This document shows, piece after piece, positions 1 through 12,500 of a DNA stretch of 64,000 nt. The DNA is from Hormiphora californensis (lineage: Eukaryota; Animalia; Ctenophora). The notes beneath the pieces were generated by a model. It saw nothing but the letters and a program-made list of their open reading frames with translations. It was not told the DNA's origin and did no database searches. The stretch lies in contig CM035350.1 in assembly GCA_020137815.1 (NCBI GenBank), forward strand, positions 6,634,001 to 6,698,000, read 5' to 3'. Position numbers and translations under genes: made by a program. Every line of letters begins with the position of its first letter. Position 1 is the stretch's first letter.

Positions 1-612
1 TGAATGAACTTGAAAACAGGAATGCTTTTTGGAACCGGAATTTCACAGTTGCCTTCGGGTATCGATTTCCTTTCAAACGCGACTAATTTGAGCTCAATTG
101 GACCACCACAAGAGACACAGTGTCTAGTTATCTAACCCTAGGTTTGGTCATCTGACACCTAATGAGACGATAGCGTCATTACTAAGTGCCAATAAGCAGG
201 TGTAACGGTCGAGTATCACGTATCACGTCTGCTAATGAGGATGGTGTACCGATACAGCATCCGTTAAAATGTAAGCTCTCTTGCTAACACGTCATAATTT
301 GATGGGGATCACATGACTTACCCTAGGCTTAGAAAACGGATCACTGTGATTCTTGTGGTGATCCAATTAAGCTCAAACTGGTCCCATTCGAAAGGAAATC
401 GATAGCCAAACAAATTTGTGAAACTTTGGTACCGAAATATGGTCCCATATTGGTGTTCATTCAATGTTCATTCGGTCGAAAAAAATGAACTTTTATCCAG
501 AGGGCTGAAACTTCGGATTCCTCGAATGAGTAACCATGCAGACATTGTGTCAAAATATCAGAGTGATTGAAATTAAAATTCTGGGTGAAAAGAAGGCCAA
601 CGTACCCTCCCT
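1..612. mobile_element. Degenerate palindromic non-autonomous DNA element, Kolobok-like right end; left end lies outside the window
   Basis: Imperfect inverted repeat 61-113 vs 351-403 (atcgatttcctttc...ccacaaga / tcttgtgg...gaaaggaaatcgat). Ends in ...cgtaccctccct followed by TTAA (613-616), which fits the TTAA|AG terminus of Kolobok. Superfamily call is inference. Confidence 0.45.
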
Positions 613-682
613 TTAATTTGGGCCAGGCGGTATCTCTCACTCTCTATCTTCCTATCACTGAGCCCTCACACGTGTGTTCTAG

Positions 683-3600
683 GAGTGCCAGTCACAATGT
701 TGTTGATAACCTAGTGCGACTGCTTGTTGATAAGTCCGAACGTGTCCAGGTTGCAGCAGCTGTCACGCTCCTCGCGATCGGGGCCTCCGTCGAAAAGGTA
801 AGGCGCGAACTACGAAAGTACCGTGCGCGCTCATTGTCAGCATTTAAATTTTCCGCGCGTCCCCGTAGCAACAACCTCCCCGAACATGTGCTTTTATTGA
901 TCCCCACGGCGGACAACTCACAACACCACCGCTTCCTTTTTCAGGCTAAATCCATCCTGCTGAAGTCATTGGGACGACCCGATACAATGCAAGCTGATGT
1001 GTGGGCGGCTGTGCAGTGTTTGGCTATGGAGAATGTAAATGAGAGGATCGTGATCGATAAGTTGATCATCATGACCCAGTCCCTCGACCCCCTAGTTCGT
1101 GTGACATCTACCAAGTTGCTTGTTAGACTGAGCCATCAAAGTGTACGTATAAAACATGGGGGGTCTTGCTGTCATAGTGATACCCGGGGTGGTATAGGAA
1201 ATGGGAGACAGGCCGGGAGGTAGGAGCGTCTGTGGGATGTTATAATACCATCTATTTTGTCCTGGCGAGGAGGTGACACTCTCAAACACATTGCTTCACA
1301 AAGGCATGGATGTCTAACTAAAGCTACTCTCTCAGAACGTTGTGCTGTTTATGGTAGCGGACATTCTGAACAATAAAATGTGGGCGAACAGATACATGGC
1401 CTGCAAAGTAATCCAGAAAATTAAAACTCGTAAGTGAAAAAAACATCATTTTCCAATGCTTTTTCTCCCTGTATGGCGGTGCCAGACCCCGATTTGATTC
1501 TCAGATCGACAGTACATGCAAATGGGGTCTGCGGCGCCAGACAACTATCTCCCTCATATCACTTCAAATATGAATTATTGAATTCGGTTTAATTCTGTCA
1601 ACAATGCCTCGAGAACAAATTGACAACAGAATTAGAGTGAGAGTGAGTAGTAGAGTCGATAACTACATCGACCTCTCCCAATTGTTCCAGTTTTTGTCAC
1701 ATCAGTTTGGAGCCTCGACACGACCTCTAAACAGGTGTTACTTTTTCACAAACTGTTTTCATCTTGGTGTAATCAGCAGTTGAAATGTTGTTGATCATAA
1801 CAAAAACCTGACTAAATTTTTTCAACTTGGGGTAAAACCATGGGTGTCAAAAGTTAGCTCTAGGTCCCCTGAGTAACCATCCGGAGACTCCAAGAGATAT
1901 TTCAAGCCGTTCTCCTGTAATCATTAATCCCGGTAGAGCACATATTTGAGTATGGACGTACGTGCAATTGCCTACAACCTCAACTTTAATGTATAACGTT
2001 AATGTGCGTCTCTCTCTTTTCTCCCCCTTGAGAAAGAGTTATCTCGCGCGGTGCAACCGCACGTGCGGTTTTTCCAGAGAGAGTGAGAGACATACAATAA
2101 CATGTAAACAGCCTGCCAGCGCTCACGTACGTCCGCATTGTATTTTTTTCTCCACCGGGATTAATGATTACGGGAGAACGGCTTGAAATATCTCTTAGAG
2201 TCTCCGGATGGTTACTCAGGGGACCTAGAGCTAACTTTTGACACCCATGGTTTTACCCCAAGTTGAAAAAATTTAGTCAGGTTTTTGTTATGATCAGCAA
2301 CATTTCAACTGCTGATTACACTAAGATGAAAACAGTTTGTGAAAAAGTAACACCTGTTTAGAGGTCGTGTCGAGGCTCCAAACAGATGTGACAAAAACTG
2401 GAACAATTGGGAGAGGTCGATGTAGTTATCGACTCTACTAGAGGAGATTCACGAGAAAGAGAGATTGAGGATGAATAAAATAATTGGATGGAGTGAAATG
2501 ATAATATTTCCACTACCTAGTGGCTAGTAACCAGCCTGCGAAAAGCTGCTTTTTCTTTTGCAGCTCTGGCTTGGGCAAGTCGCGCTATCCCCTGTGCGTG
2601 GCCAAAGCTCTGGCCTGCAAAGTAAATGGCATACTGTTTATTTTGATAGACGAGGACGCCCGCCAGATCGCTGGAATTCCCGCGAATTTTTTCCGATAGT
2701 TTTAACAATAAAATTCTTCTGGAGTATCCCCCGCCCCGCTAATAATTAGGAATACTATTACTCACACTAATCCTGGGGCCAGTGACCGCATTAAACGACA
2801 TTCCTTGTTTATACTATAACGAGATGAAGGCTGAGGGGGGTCGAGGGAGATAGATTGAGATGAGAAAAGAGCTAGAGAATTGATAGCTACCGGCCCCCTC
2901 CCCGTCTGAATATTTAACGGCTTAGTCTAACCGCATGTTAGAACAACAATAAATCGTCATAATATAGCAATACGAAAATGTCGCAACCTTCTTTCTCCAA
3001 TTTCTCATCTGTAATCTAAGCAGCTTTCCCTATAACTCTACCCGACCCTCAGCACAACAACACTCCTATCCCCTGAAATATTCCCCCCCCCCTCAGCGCT
3101 GAACAAGGACATTCTCCACAAGTTGCTGACAATTATGTGGACCGACTATTCTGAGAGCGTGAGATCTGTAGCAGCGGAGACAATTGGTGTAAAGGGTCAT
3201 GGGAACGTAAGTAACAAAAAAAAGTAATCAAACACCCTCAAAATTGTTTTTGCTGCACCCCGCCCAAGAGTTTAGTTTACATTCAAACTACAAATTCCAT
3301 AAGTAAGCACTCATATTGTCCTTGGTTGACCAGGTGTGAACCTATCCCACCCCATTTCCAACGTTATGTCCACGTGATCCATCATTTCCTGGGACAATGC
3401 CCCATATCCCGGTATCCAGGGTCGGTCTGGCCCAGTTGGGCTATCCACCCCACTGTCCACCCTCGGTGCAGACTGGTAGAACTCCGTCTGCGAGCTGTTG
3501 TTCCATCGTTTGGAGGGCAGTAGAGAGAGCATCTCCTCCTGTTCTCCCGGTCTGGACCGGAATGCCTGGAATGCGAGGAGAGAGGCGTAGGTGAGTTCCG

Positions 3601-6600
3601 CGGGGACCACCATGTTGTGAATGAGGTCCACCATGGTGTCAGAATTAAACAACCCTGCAGGTGGGATGAGGCCCATTAGACGGAGTAGACGTAGTAGGAA
3701 ACTTTGGAGACCAACCACAACGAACACTAACCGGACTGCCACCCATCTCTTCTTTATTCTCTGTCCAACGGAGGGGTAGAATTGTCGAGTGACGCTGATT
3801 AACCGTTTTATAGCCCTGATCCCCACAACAAACAGCACCACTCCAACACCCAGAATAGTGTTCTCCGCAGCGTCAGGAATGTTGAAGGATGCCGTGATCA
3901 TGATGGCGATCAGATAAGTTATAACTCCAGTATAGACGAGGGTTTTGTTAAATAGCAACCGTCGCCTAGTCAGGGTCACATATCGAGTCATCTTGCAGCA
4001 CCAGCAGCAAATTGTAGCCTCGTAGGTGAACCCTGGTAACAGGGATAAGAGGTCGTTCCACTGGCCGTAGAAAGAGGTGAGATGTTGGTAGAACTGCAGA
4101 ATACAGAACACCAGATAGAGGAATCTAAAGGAGGATAGCAGCTCTGTAGTGGATGGATTGTAGAGCTCGATCACACTAACTATCGAGGAGAAGGGAGCCA
4201 GGGAGGCTAGATATGGGATCTCCCTCCCGGTATCAGGAAGTGCACCAAACAGTAGGTACAGGAGCAGGAGGAGTTGTCCCGCCGCTAGGACCGAGTTGAG
4301 ACTAGTGAAGATGAGGTAGATAATGCTGGGACAGGATATGAAGGCATCCTGGAAGGTAGGGTAGGAGTCCAATTCTTGACAGGATTCATTAGCACCGTGA
4401 TATAGCATGATCTACTAGCTGCAGTAAAACACAGAGAGAGTTGGGTGTGTATTTGGTAGCATGAGTCAGGGGATCGTGTATTGTGTGTGCACGTGCACAG
4501 TATTGACAATGCGAATTAAATGCACTGGATCGACCAATCCGATGTCTCCTTATAGATCACGTGATCTCCATCCACCAATCAGATCTCTTCCTTCCTGTCA
4601 CATGATCTTACATCGTAGGATATGGGAATTACCTGTGCAGAGAGAGATTTTATGAGCACCAGTGGTGGTGGTGAGACTGTCGGTGCAAATTTACCCTCCT
4701 CAAACTATACTACTACACAATTTGCCCCTTGGCCCTTACCTATTATACACGCTGTGCAGTGTAAAAGCTGTTTAGTAAACACGCTGGTATACTGCAGTAT
4801 GGGAGTGGATATTGATATGATAATGGATAATAATGATCTGTTATCTGGGTTATCCTGGTCTGTCAATATCCCGGTTAATTATGAACATATATACTATAGA
4901 CTAGCATTAGGTATTTAGGGGTGACTTTGTAACCAATAGTAACGTAGCTTTAGTGAGTAGTGTCTTCAAAAGGGCCCATGTCTAGTGGACACAAACAGAC
5001 AAAAGCCTAAGTAAACACACAAAGCACTCGATATACGGCTAGCCTTTGTTGATTAATCTCTCACTCAACAAGCTAGCAGCTGGGATCGGGCCAAAATTCA
5101 GCCCTGCCAATACCACTCATGCATATCATAATCTACTCATATTATATTCCCTCTCCATTTTATCATTCAATTCTCCTTGTTGTGTCTCTTACACTCCCTG
5201 AACTTAACCCCCGCCCCATTCCCTAGTCCCCAACCTAGCCTAGCCCCCGATCCAACCCCCACCTAGTCTCCAACTCAACTTCCATACCCCAGCCTACTCC
5301 CCACACCCCAGGGCCCCCAACTAAACCTCCCCACACCCCAGGGCCCCCAACTAAACCCCCCCCCCCACCCTACTCCCCACACCCCAGGGCCCCCAACTAA
5401 ACCCCCCCCCACCCTACTCCCCACACCCCAGCCTACTCCCTGCACACCCCAGGGCCCCAACTCAACCCCCACACCCCAGCCTACTCCCCACACCCCAGGG
5501 CCCCCAACTAAACCTCCCCCCTGCCTACTCCCTGCACACCCCAGGGCCCCCAACTACTCCCCACACCCCAGGGCCCCCAACTACTCCCCACACCCCAGGC
5601 CCCCAACTACTCCCCACACCCCAGGGCCCCCAACTAAACCCCCCCCCCTGCAGGTTCTCCACGATGAGCTGTGTTGCCGGTTAAAAAGTGGCAGTGAGAC
5701 GGAGAGGGTAGACGCTCTTCATCGTGTTGTCCAACTCGGAATGATGACGGGTCGCATGAAGACCGTGTTTCTCCGCTGCTTCGTAGCTGATCACGTTTCA
5801 GTGCGATTTAATGCCGCCAAGGTCAGTAAAATTAGAGAATAAATGGATTATCGGGGTTCTGCTGGCATATTTCCGGGATTATTCTATTTTGGAAATATGC
5901 AGGCATGTTAATAGAATGGAGTCTGAAAGAAAAGTCGACATTTTTTTCTATCGAACAATAATAATCTTTGCGGACCTATATTTAATGCAATTCCCTTCTT
6001 CTGTACATGAACGGAATAGTAATATCCTAGCATCCTGGACCGTGCCTATCCGGTTCCATTCCTTTGAAGATATTCTACTTCTCTATCATATTCAGCTCTT
6101 TCCTAGAAATCCTTCCGACTATTTCCCCTCCTCCCCGCAGGCTGCAGGACAACTGAAATTCGCTGACAACGATGTTATCGAGGGATTAATCACATTAATA
6201 AGTGAGGACCATTCAGCTAAAGTCAAAACGGCAGCGATCGAAGGTATGGGTCATAATTCCCATATTCTATATCGCATCCTGGGCTTTTCTTGGATACGTG
6301 GCTTCCGTAGAACCCTGAAAACCCCTATTATACCCCTTGCAAGGCATTGCCTGCATAATTTGCGAAAAGTTTTCCAAGATGAAGAGCATTATTGGAGCCT
6401 TTCCCACTTCATATAAGACCCTTGGTTACGAAATAACCCCTCTAAAGACCTTCGCGCGCTGGCAAGGGAGGGGTAACTTCGTTATCAAATAAGACCCCTA
6501 TTATCCAGACCAGTTCACTCTATGTTACCATTGTTCAAGAGCCACACCTCTCTAACCCAGCTTATACCCCAATTCAGCCTTGGCGGATATTGGTGTAGTG

Positions 6601-7431
6601 ACGGATAACATTATATCCCAACTTGTGTGGTCGGCCCAGTACCAACAGGAGCCAGAGGTTCGGTCTGCCGCCTGTCTGGTTCTGGCCATGCTGGGAATAA
6701 GGACAGAGGAGGTGGTCAATGTGCTGCGGGACAGGCTAACTGCTGATGCCGAGAGTACTGTGAAACGGTGCGTGCAAGCGATGTGTGTTTTCAATATCAT
6801 GTAATGTTAATTAATGGATTAGTTAATTAATTAATTATCACACAATAAGTAACACCCCCGTATGTTGCTCAGGGCATCTACCCAAGCACTGCAGATGTTA
6901 GGATTGAAACCAGAAAAGGATGCCTCCCTGATCCTTGCCATCAAAGACGCTGTAAAGAAGTTGGGGTCCAAGGAGAGCATTCTGGCTGCTATTATTAACT
7001 CGGAGAACCCCCGACAGGGGACAACCGGAACACTGGGATCTCTAACCGACCTAGCTGGTTCAAAGTAAGTGTTGTAATGTAGCCAAAATTACCGGACCTT
7101 GATTTACCGCGTGTAAACTACTCTTGATTCCCACGAGGAGTCTTGTATTACCAGGGCATGGTACTGTCCTCGTTTTTTCTACACTTTGATTTTAGCAGCA
7201 TGTGTCTGCAGTTGTAACACACACACAAGGTTTCACATACACACACAGTATTTTAATGGCTCCTTCCGCCTCAGGACACGTCTGATGAAATCCCGCGAGA
7301 GGACTGGAGAGGGGGGAAGTAGGGTGGGCACCAGTGAGAGCCAGGTTAGAATGTGGCCGGCTGCTGACCGTGTCTTGGAAGCAGAGAGGGAGGCAACAGT
7401 CAAGAAGGAGAAGATCCAGGTGAGATTTTAA
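683..7431 (+). CDS. HEATR4: HEAT repeat-containing protein 4, 3' portion (5' exons outside the window). Exons 683-797, 945-1142, 1336-1429, 3097-3206, 5654-5821, 6141-6243, 6578-6767, 6873-7064, 7275-7419; last exon or stop uncertain
   Basis: GT-AG exons splice in frame into HEAT repeats (LTIMWTDYSESVRSVAAETIG, ERVDALHRVVQLGMMT..FLRCFVADHVSVRFNAAKAAGQL, LVWSAQYQQEPEVRSAAC) that closely follow the HEATR4 C-terminal region as recalled. Confidence 0.85.
1648..2440. mobile_element. 793-bp MITE with long terminal inverted repeats (TIRs, about 290 bp), Academ-like (TAG...CTA termini, 3-bp TSD GAG), in a HEATR4 intron
   Basis: Starts TAGTAGAGTCGATAAC and ends GTTATCGACTCTACTA, with gag on both flanks. 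A second copy is at 27117-27909. Confidence 0.85.
3311..4408 (-). CDS. Intronless organic solute transporter alpha (OSTalpha/SLC51A-TMEM184 family) membrane protein, 365 aa, nested antisense in HEATR4 intron 3207-5653
   Basis: About 7 hydrophobic segments and a Cys cluster ICCWCC like the OSTalpha CCCCC motif. Family-like QSFLLRLLRLMGLIP and HNMVVPAELTYASLLAFQAF segments. Acceptor-like ttttactgcag just upstream of the ATG. Confidence 0.75.
   Translation of the reverse strand: MLYHGANESCQELDSYPTFQDAFISCPSIIYLIFTSLNSVLAAGQLLLLLYLLFGALPDTGREIPYLASLAPFSSIVSVIELYNPSTTELLSSFRFLYLVFCILQFYQHLTSFYGQWNDLLSLLPGFTYEATICCWCCKMTRYVTLTRRRLLFNKTLVYTGVITYLIAIMITASFNIPDAAENTILGVGVVLFVVGIRAIKRLISVTRQFYPSVGQRIKKRWVAVRLVFVVVGLQSFLLRLLRLMGLIPPAGLFNSDTMVDLIHNMVVPAELTYASLLAFQAFRSRPGEQEEMLSLLPSKRWNNSSQTEFYQSAPRVDSGVDSPTGPDRPWIPGYGALSQEMMDHVDITLEMGWDRFTPGQPRTI
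5220..5645. repeat. C-rich minisatellite (ctactccccacaccccagggcccccaactaaacc variants), G-quadruplex-prone on the minus strand
   Basis: Directly visible tandem units immediately upstream of the acceptor at 5652-5653. Confidence 0.9.
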
Positions 7432-7492
7432 TATAGTGAGAAATTACTAAGTTTACTGAGTTGTTTTGTTCATGCATTGGGAAGCTGCACAT

Positions 7493-7870
7493 GACAGTCT
7501 GGACATGACAGTCTGGACAAGACAGTGTGGACAAGACAGTCTGGATAAGACAGTCTTGACAAGACAGTCTCGACAAGACAGCCTGAACAAGACAGTCTGG
7601 ACATGACAGTCTGGTTAAGACAGCCTGGACAAGACAGTCTAAACAAGACAGTCTAAACAAGACAGTCTGGACAAGACAGTCTTGACAAGACAGTCTCGAC
7701 AAGACAGCCTGGACAAGACAGTCTCGACAAGACAGTCTCGACAAGACAGTCTGGACAAGACAGTCTGGATAAGACAGTCTGGTTAAGACAGTCTGGACAA
7801 GACAGTCTGGTTAAGACAGTCTGGACAAGACAGTCTGGACAAGACAGTCTGGACAAAACAGTCTGGACAA
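7493..7870. repeat. 14-bp tandem repeat (gacaagacagtctg)n
   Basis: About 27 visible units. Explains the spurious Cys-rich ORFs 7400-7856. Confidence 0.95.
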
Positions 7871-8357
7871 ATCAGGTAATTTAACATCACACCGGCATTA
7901 GATTAAACATTTTCACACCTTCCAACGTCTTCCTAGTTCATTCTCTCCGTTGTTTGTGTGCCTACTACTCTAGCCCTCTTGGACGCTCAAATGTGCATTA
8001 GGAAGTATGCACCTTTGTAAAATGTCGTGTACATCTTCTATTCGGTGTGTCTCTTCTATTCTGTGTACCTCTTCTTTTCTGTCATGGAATTAATGTTAAT
8101 GAGGCATCATCACTTCTCCTTCACACTTGTGTTCACAGCTATTACCTACCAGCTAGCTGTCACTGCCAGCTGTCACTACCGGCACACTTCCTACGAGACA
8201 TAGTGGCTCCAGTACTGTCAGAGCTTTGGCCTGACCAATTCTCATTTCTTTTACGCGAGAACCATGTGGCCAGAGCATTTGCCTGACAGCTCCAGTACTA
8301 TAATGTACCGAGTTGTTTTCCTCCCCTACTCTTCTAATCTTATAGAATAACCACATT

Positions 8358-9807
8358 ATGCTATTTAGGAACAGCTGTATGGCACCTCTAATCACCCCGA
8401 CCCGGTTGCTCTATGTATCCGCGGCACTCTCCCGCTGGGGCGACCGAATGTGGAGTTTTGCCATTGGTATCTTCCTTATCAACCTGCATCCCACATCCCT
8501 GGCAGTGACGGCAGCCTACCAGCTGATAACCAATATCTTCACAGTGGCGTTATCGGGCAGTATCGGCCGGCTGATAGACAGGTCCGCCCGGTTACCAACA
8601 ATGCGGCTCACATTGTTAACCCAGAATACATCAGTAGCGCTGGCAAGTGGTTTAATGGTCGCTGCATTCCAATTGGAGATCTCATACTACTGTGATCGGG
8701 ACATATTCTTCCTGTTTATGGGGCTGGTTACAGTTCTGGGTGTCGTCTCCTCTCTCTCCTCCTCCTCCACCAACACTATAATTCAGCGGGATTGGATCGT
8801 CGTAATGGCAGGAGGGGACACGAGGAAGTTGGGGAATGTCAATGCCACAATGAGACGAATTGACCAGGTGTGCCTACTGCTTAGCTCCCATCCTATCGGG
8901 AGCGTTTGTCAGCGCTCTCAGTGCTTCCTGGGCTGCTGCACTCATAGCAGGGTGGAACGTGGTGTCACTGTTTTTCGAGTACACCCTGCTACGTTCAGTG
9001 TACTCCCGAGTACCAGGTCTGGCCAAAAAGAAAGAAGATGCTGCTGAAGAGACAACACCACCACCGCCATCATCGCCACTACAGACTATCAAATCAACCG
9101 TATCTGAGTACTTTGGTAGTTTCAAGATATTCTGCAACCAAAGTGTCGCTATCCCCGGGTTCTGTCTCTCCCTCGTATACCTAACTGTCCTCGGTTTCGA
9201 CTCCATTTTTGTGGGGTACCTCCGGATCAGTAGTGTGAAAGACTTTGCGATTGGGCTGGCTATGGCAGCCGGGGCAGTCTTTGGATTGATTGGTACGGTT
9301 GTGTATGCGCCGCTAAACAAGAAGAGCGGTGCCGCAGTTACTGGGATATTGGGTGCCGGTGGGCTGATTGTTTGTTATGGTCTGTGTGCTGGTTCCCTCC
9401 TCCTACCCACCTCCCACCTCAACATGACTACATTCCAGGATAATGGAACTGTGTGTCTCTCTGGATCTGAGGAGATATTACAAGGCACAGGCAGTGTCTC
9501 ACCCGCTACATACCTCCTCCTGACAGGCGTTATTACTATCAGATTCGGGCTCTGGGTGTTTGATCTGGGTATATCGCAGTTGTTCCAGGAGACTGTTCCT
9601 GAAGGACAGAGGAACACGGTGGGAGGCGTCCAGACGGCCCTGAATAGCTTCTTTAACTGTACCTACATCACCCTCACCCTTATCCTACCTAACGTGGAAC
9701 AGTTTGGAATTCTGATCGGAGTGTCCTGTGTGGCGTGTATTGGGAGTGCCTTGATTTACATAGCTTGGTTTACATGTGGTGGACATACAGGCAATCCCTG
9801 GAAGTGA
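8358..9807 (+). CDS. SLC40A1: Ferroportin (SLC40A1/FPN1) iron exporter, intronless, with one extra base near 8880
   Basis: Motifs LSRWGDRMWSFA, IQRDWIVV, NATMRRIDQ, LYLTVLGFD-like, RFGLWVFDL and QETVPEGQRNTVGGVQTALN. ORFs 8358-9047 and 8860-9807 join as IDQVCLL-LAPILSG if one base at about 8880 is removed. Confidence 0.92.
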
Positions 9808-11878
9808 TGATGGTCCCGAGGTTGGTAGAGTTGTGGCAAATAGGTCTCCAGACGGGGAGAAAGGAGAGGAGACTAGGGAGGTGGAAAAAGACAGTGAGAT
9901 CAAAGACAAGGTTGAAGAAGGATGAGATAAAGAATGTTGAGGCATATAAGCCTGCAACGACCTGGTGACCCTTGAAAGCGAATGGAATTGTGAAGTGCTA
10001 ACATTAATAACTTTCAACCTCGATAAAACCATTGTCAACTTTCTTTTATTTTGTTGTAATGGGTGAATTATGTCTTTTTTGTGTAAGCGAATTCCTAATT
10101 TTTTGTTCCAAGCTTCTCTAACTCCCCCTATTCCCTCCTACAGGCACTTCTCCGAGCGACAGACAAGGAGCCCCCCAAGGTAAAGTTCCTTTGGAGGAAA
10201 GACGCCTCAGAGAGTGATTCAAGTAGTTAGCTAGAAAGCTACCTTTTGGAATTAGTTCTGGGGAAACTGCGCCGGATGAAGAGCCGCGTGAGAGGCCAAG
10301 GTGTGTTCCCAAGAAAAATTCGTTTAACAAGGTCACCCCGCCCCCTTGATTTATTGAGAAAATCTCTTGGACCAGGCTTTGTGGAGGCAAATATATTGGA
10401 GACAATGATTATATTGAATCTCACTGATCGTAATCAGAAAAGAATCTATTACTGCGTGATTTTGTTGAGGTACAACAAGTGGCCGCGATGCTTTGTACAG
10501 AGCTTTTAATAAGTGTTTTATACAATGTACCTATAGTGTGTAATATAAGTGTAGACCATATGATTCAGGAACGGGTATGTTTTTACCAAATTCTTAACTA
10601 CCAAGTTTTTTATCGTACTGTCCCTGTTTACCCCTCCTCCATAACTTACCCTACCCCTGACCCTACCTCAGCTTATTCCCTCGCCCTACCCTTCACCCTA
10701 CCTCCTTCCCTCACCCTACCCCTCACCTTGTCTCATATAAGACCGTCCTCTTCGTAGCAGCCTCGTTCATCGAGGTTGCGCAGTGTACACTGTACAGTCA
10801 GTGTCTGACAACCCTCACCCTACCCCTCATCCTACCTCCTTCCCTCACCCTAACCCCATTAACCAGTGCCAAAACATTCATAGCAATGATCATGGTCATG
10901 AAAATAGAGAATCATATATGTGGAGACGGCCGAGGTTTGATCCAACGTGGTACCGATGACTAAACCAGAAACTATTATTGACACGGAGGACAGTGGATCA
11001 TGAAGTGAGGTAAGTGTTTATCCTTTGCTATCACTGAGAGGAAGGGGAGGTGTGTGCATGTGTGTGGTTGGGAGGTGCATTGGGATGTGCATTGGGATAT
11101 AGTTGTATCTGGGACAGGAGGTTCAATTGAGAAAATCTGAAACTCTAAAATTGTTAAAGAATGCAAATGATTTAGTTTGACAATATTACACTAAATAATA
11201 TAGTTCTACTCGCACCCTCTATTATAGAATGGCAGGCCGCGGGTATTATAGTACACAAAACTCCCATGATACCTATAATAATAAACCACTTACATATATC
11301 ACACATGTTCTATTCTCACATGAGAATGGTTTTCACAGAACTGGGTCCACCAGCAACTGCGTCACAACTCACTTTATCTTCTCAGGGGCGGGGTCCTGCC
11401 CTGTCAATCTCATTTACACATTCTATTTGGTAATAATTTACTAACTCTATATGTATAAATAAATAACGAACGTCACGCATGCAGGCCGTTACACGGTGTT
11501 CATGTCACAAACCCTTATCTCTTGGGGAACCGGCTCCCTATAAGATAAGAACATGTCAAAGAAAAATAAGTTGCTGACACATACTTAATTATATGGGTTC
11601 GATAAACAGTCATAGAGTGATATTTTAGGAACGTGTTAAAAGGACACGCCTGACAGAGGGGGCCGTGTAATATCTGAGAAAAAGATCAAATAAAAAAGTT
11701 TCACAATTAATCGTCTGTACATGGTTTAGATCGAGCTTGCTGGCCATCTAGCGGAGCTCAAGTTCTATTCTTTGCTCTGACATGAAATAGTTGTCCGAGG
11801 CGATAGCTGTCACCGCGAGAGCCCGATCTCGCGAATCTCTCTCAAATAGTGTTTATATTACACACACATGAAGCTGTT

Positions 11879-12500
11879 TTAGCGCTTGTTCTTTAGTTTT
11901 CTCCGCTGTATCCTGTTAGCAGCTCGGAGGGCCTTGGTCCGGTCCCTTCGTCTAGCCTTGGCTTGACTCGATGACCCATCTCGGACAATATCTAGCGGTG
12001 GAACCGAGAAAGGGCTCCCTCCCGAGAATAATTCTCTCTTAGTTTGGATTGCAGCCAGTGATCCACGGTCCCTGAATCGGATCCGTCGCTCTGTTTCGGT
12101 CTTGGGTCGAAGTTGGGGATTACACTTGGGGTCCTTGTCTTCCGGACATCTTGGTCGGTGAAACCACGCCTCCGCTTCTGAGAAAGCAGATTTGGTTAGT
12201 GATGACGTGTTTCCGGAACTATGGGCTAACACTGGTAACTAAGTTACCCCTCCCTTGCCAGCGCAACACCAATTTAGGAAGTGCAGCGCTGTGCGCCAGA
12301 CAATGTCTAGACAGAGGAGTCTGGTGAAAAAGATGGGCGTAAAACGAGACAGGATATTATAGTTGTAACTAATCGTAGGCTAATCCTGGACTAATTATCT
12401 TACCTGGAGTCAAGATGGCAGCTGTAAGAAGAACGAGTAATAGGGCTGCTCCTGTGGTGTTAGGGACAGCAGGGGTTCTGACAAGACAATGATAAGTCAT
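11879..12500 (-). CDS. Small secreted protein or candidate neuropeptide precursor, 131 aa; exons 12500-12404 and 12177-11879
   Basis: Exon 1 (97 nt) encodes MTYHCLVRTPAVPNTTGAALLLVLLTAAILTP and ends at a gtaag donor. It splices in phase at ctttctcag to EAEAWFHRPRC...KNKR-stop, 396 nt in total. Hydrophobic signal peptide, AEA cleavage motif, RR/KR/RRR sites. Confidence 0.65.

Noticed and set aside
7400-7856. Cys-rich metallothionein-like ORFs
   Set aside because: They are translations of a 14-bp satellite.
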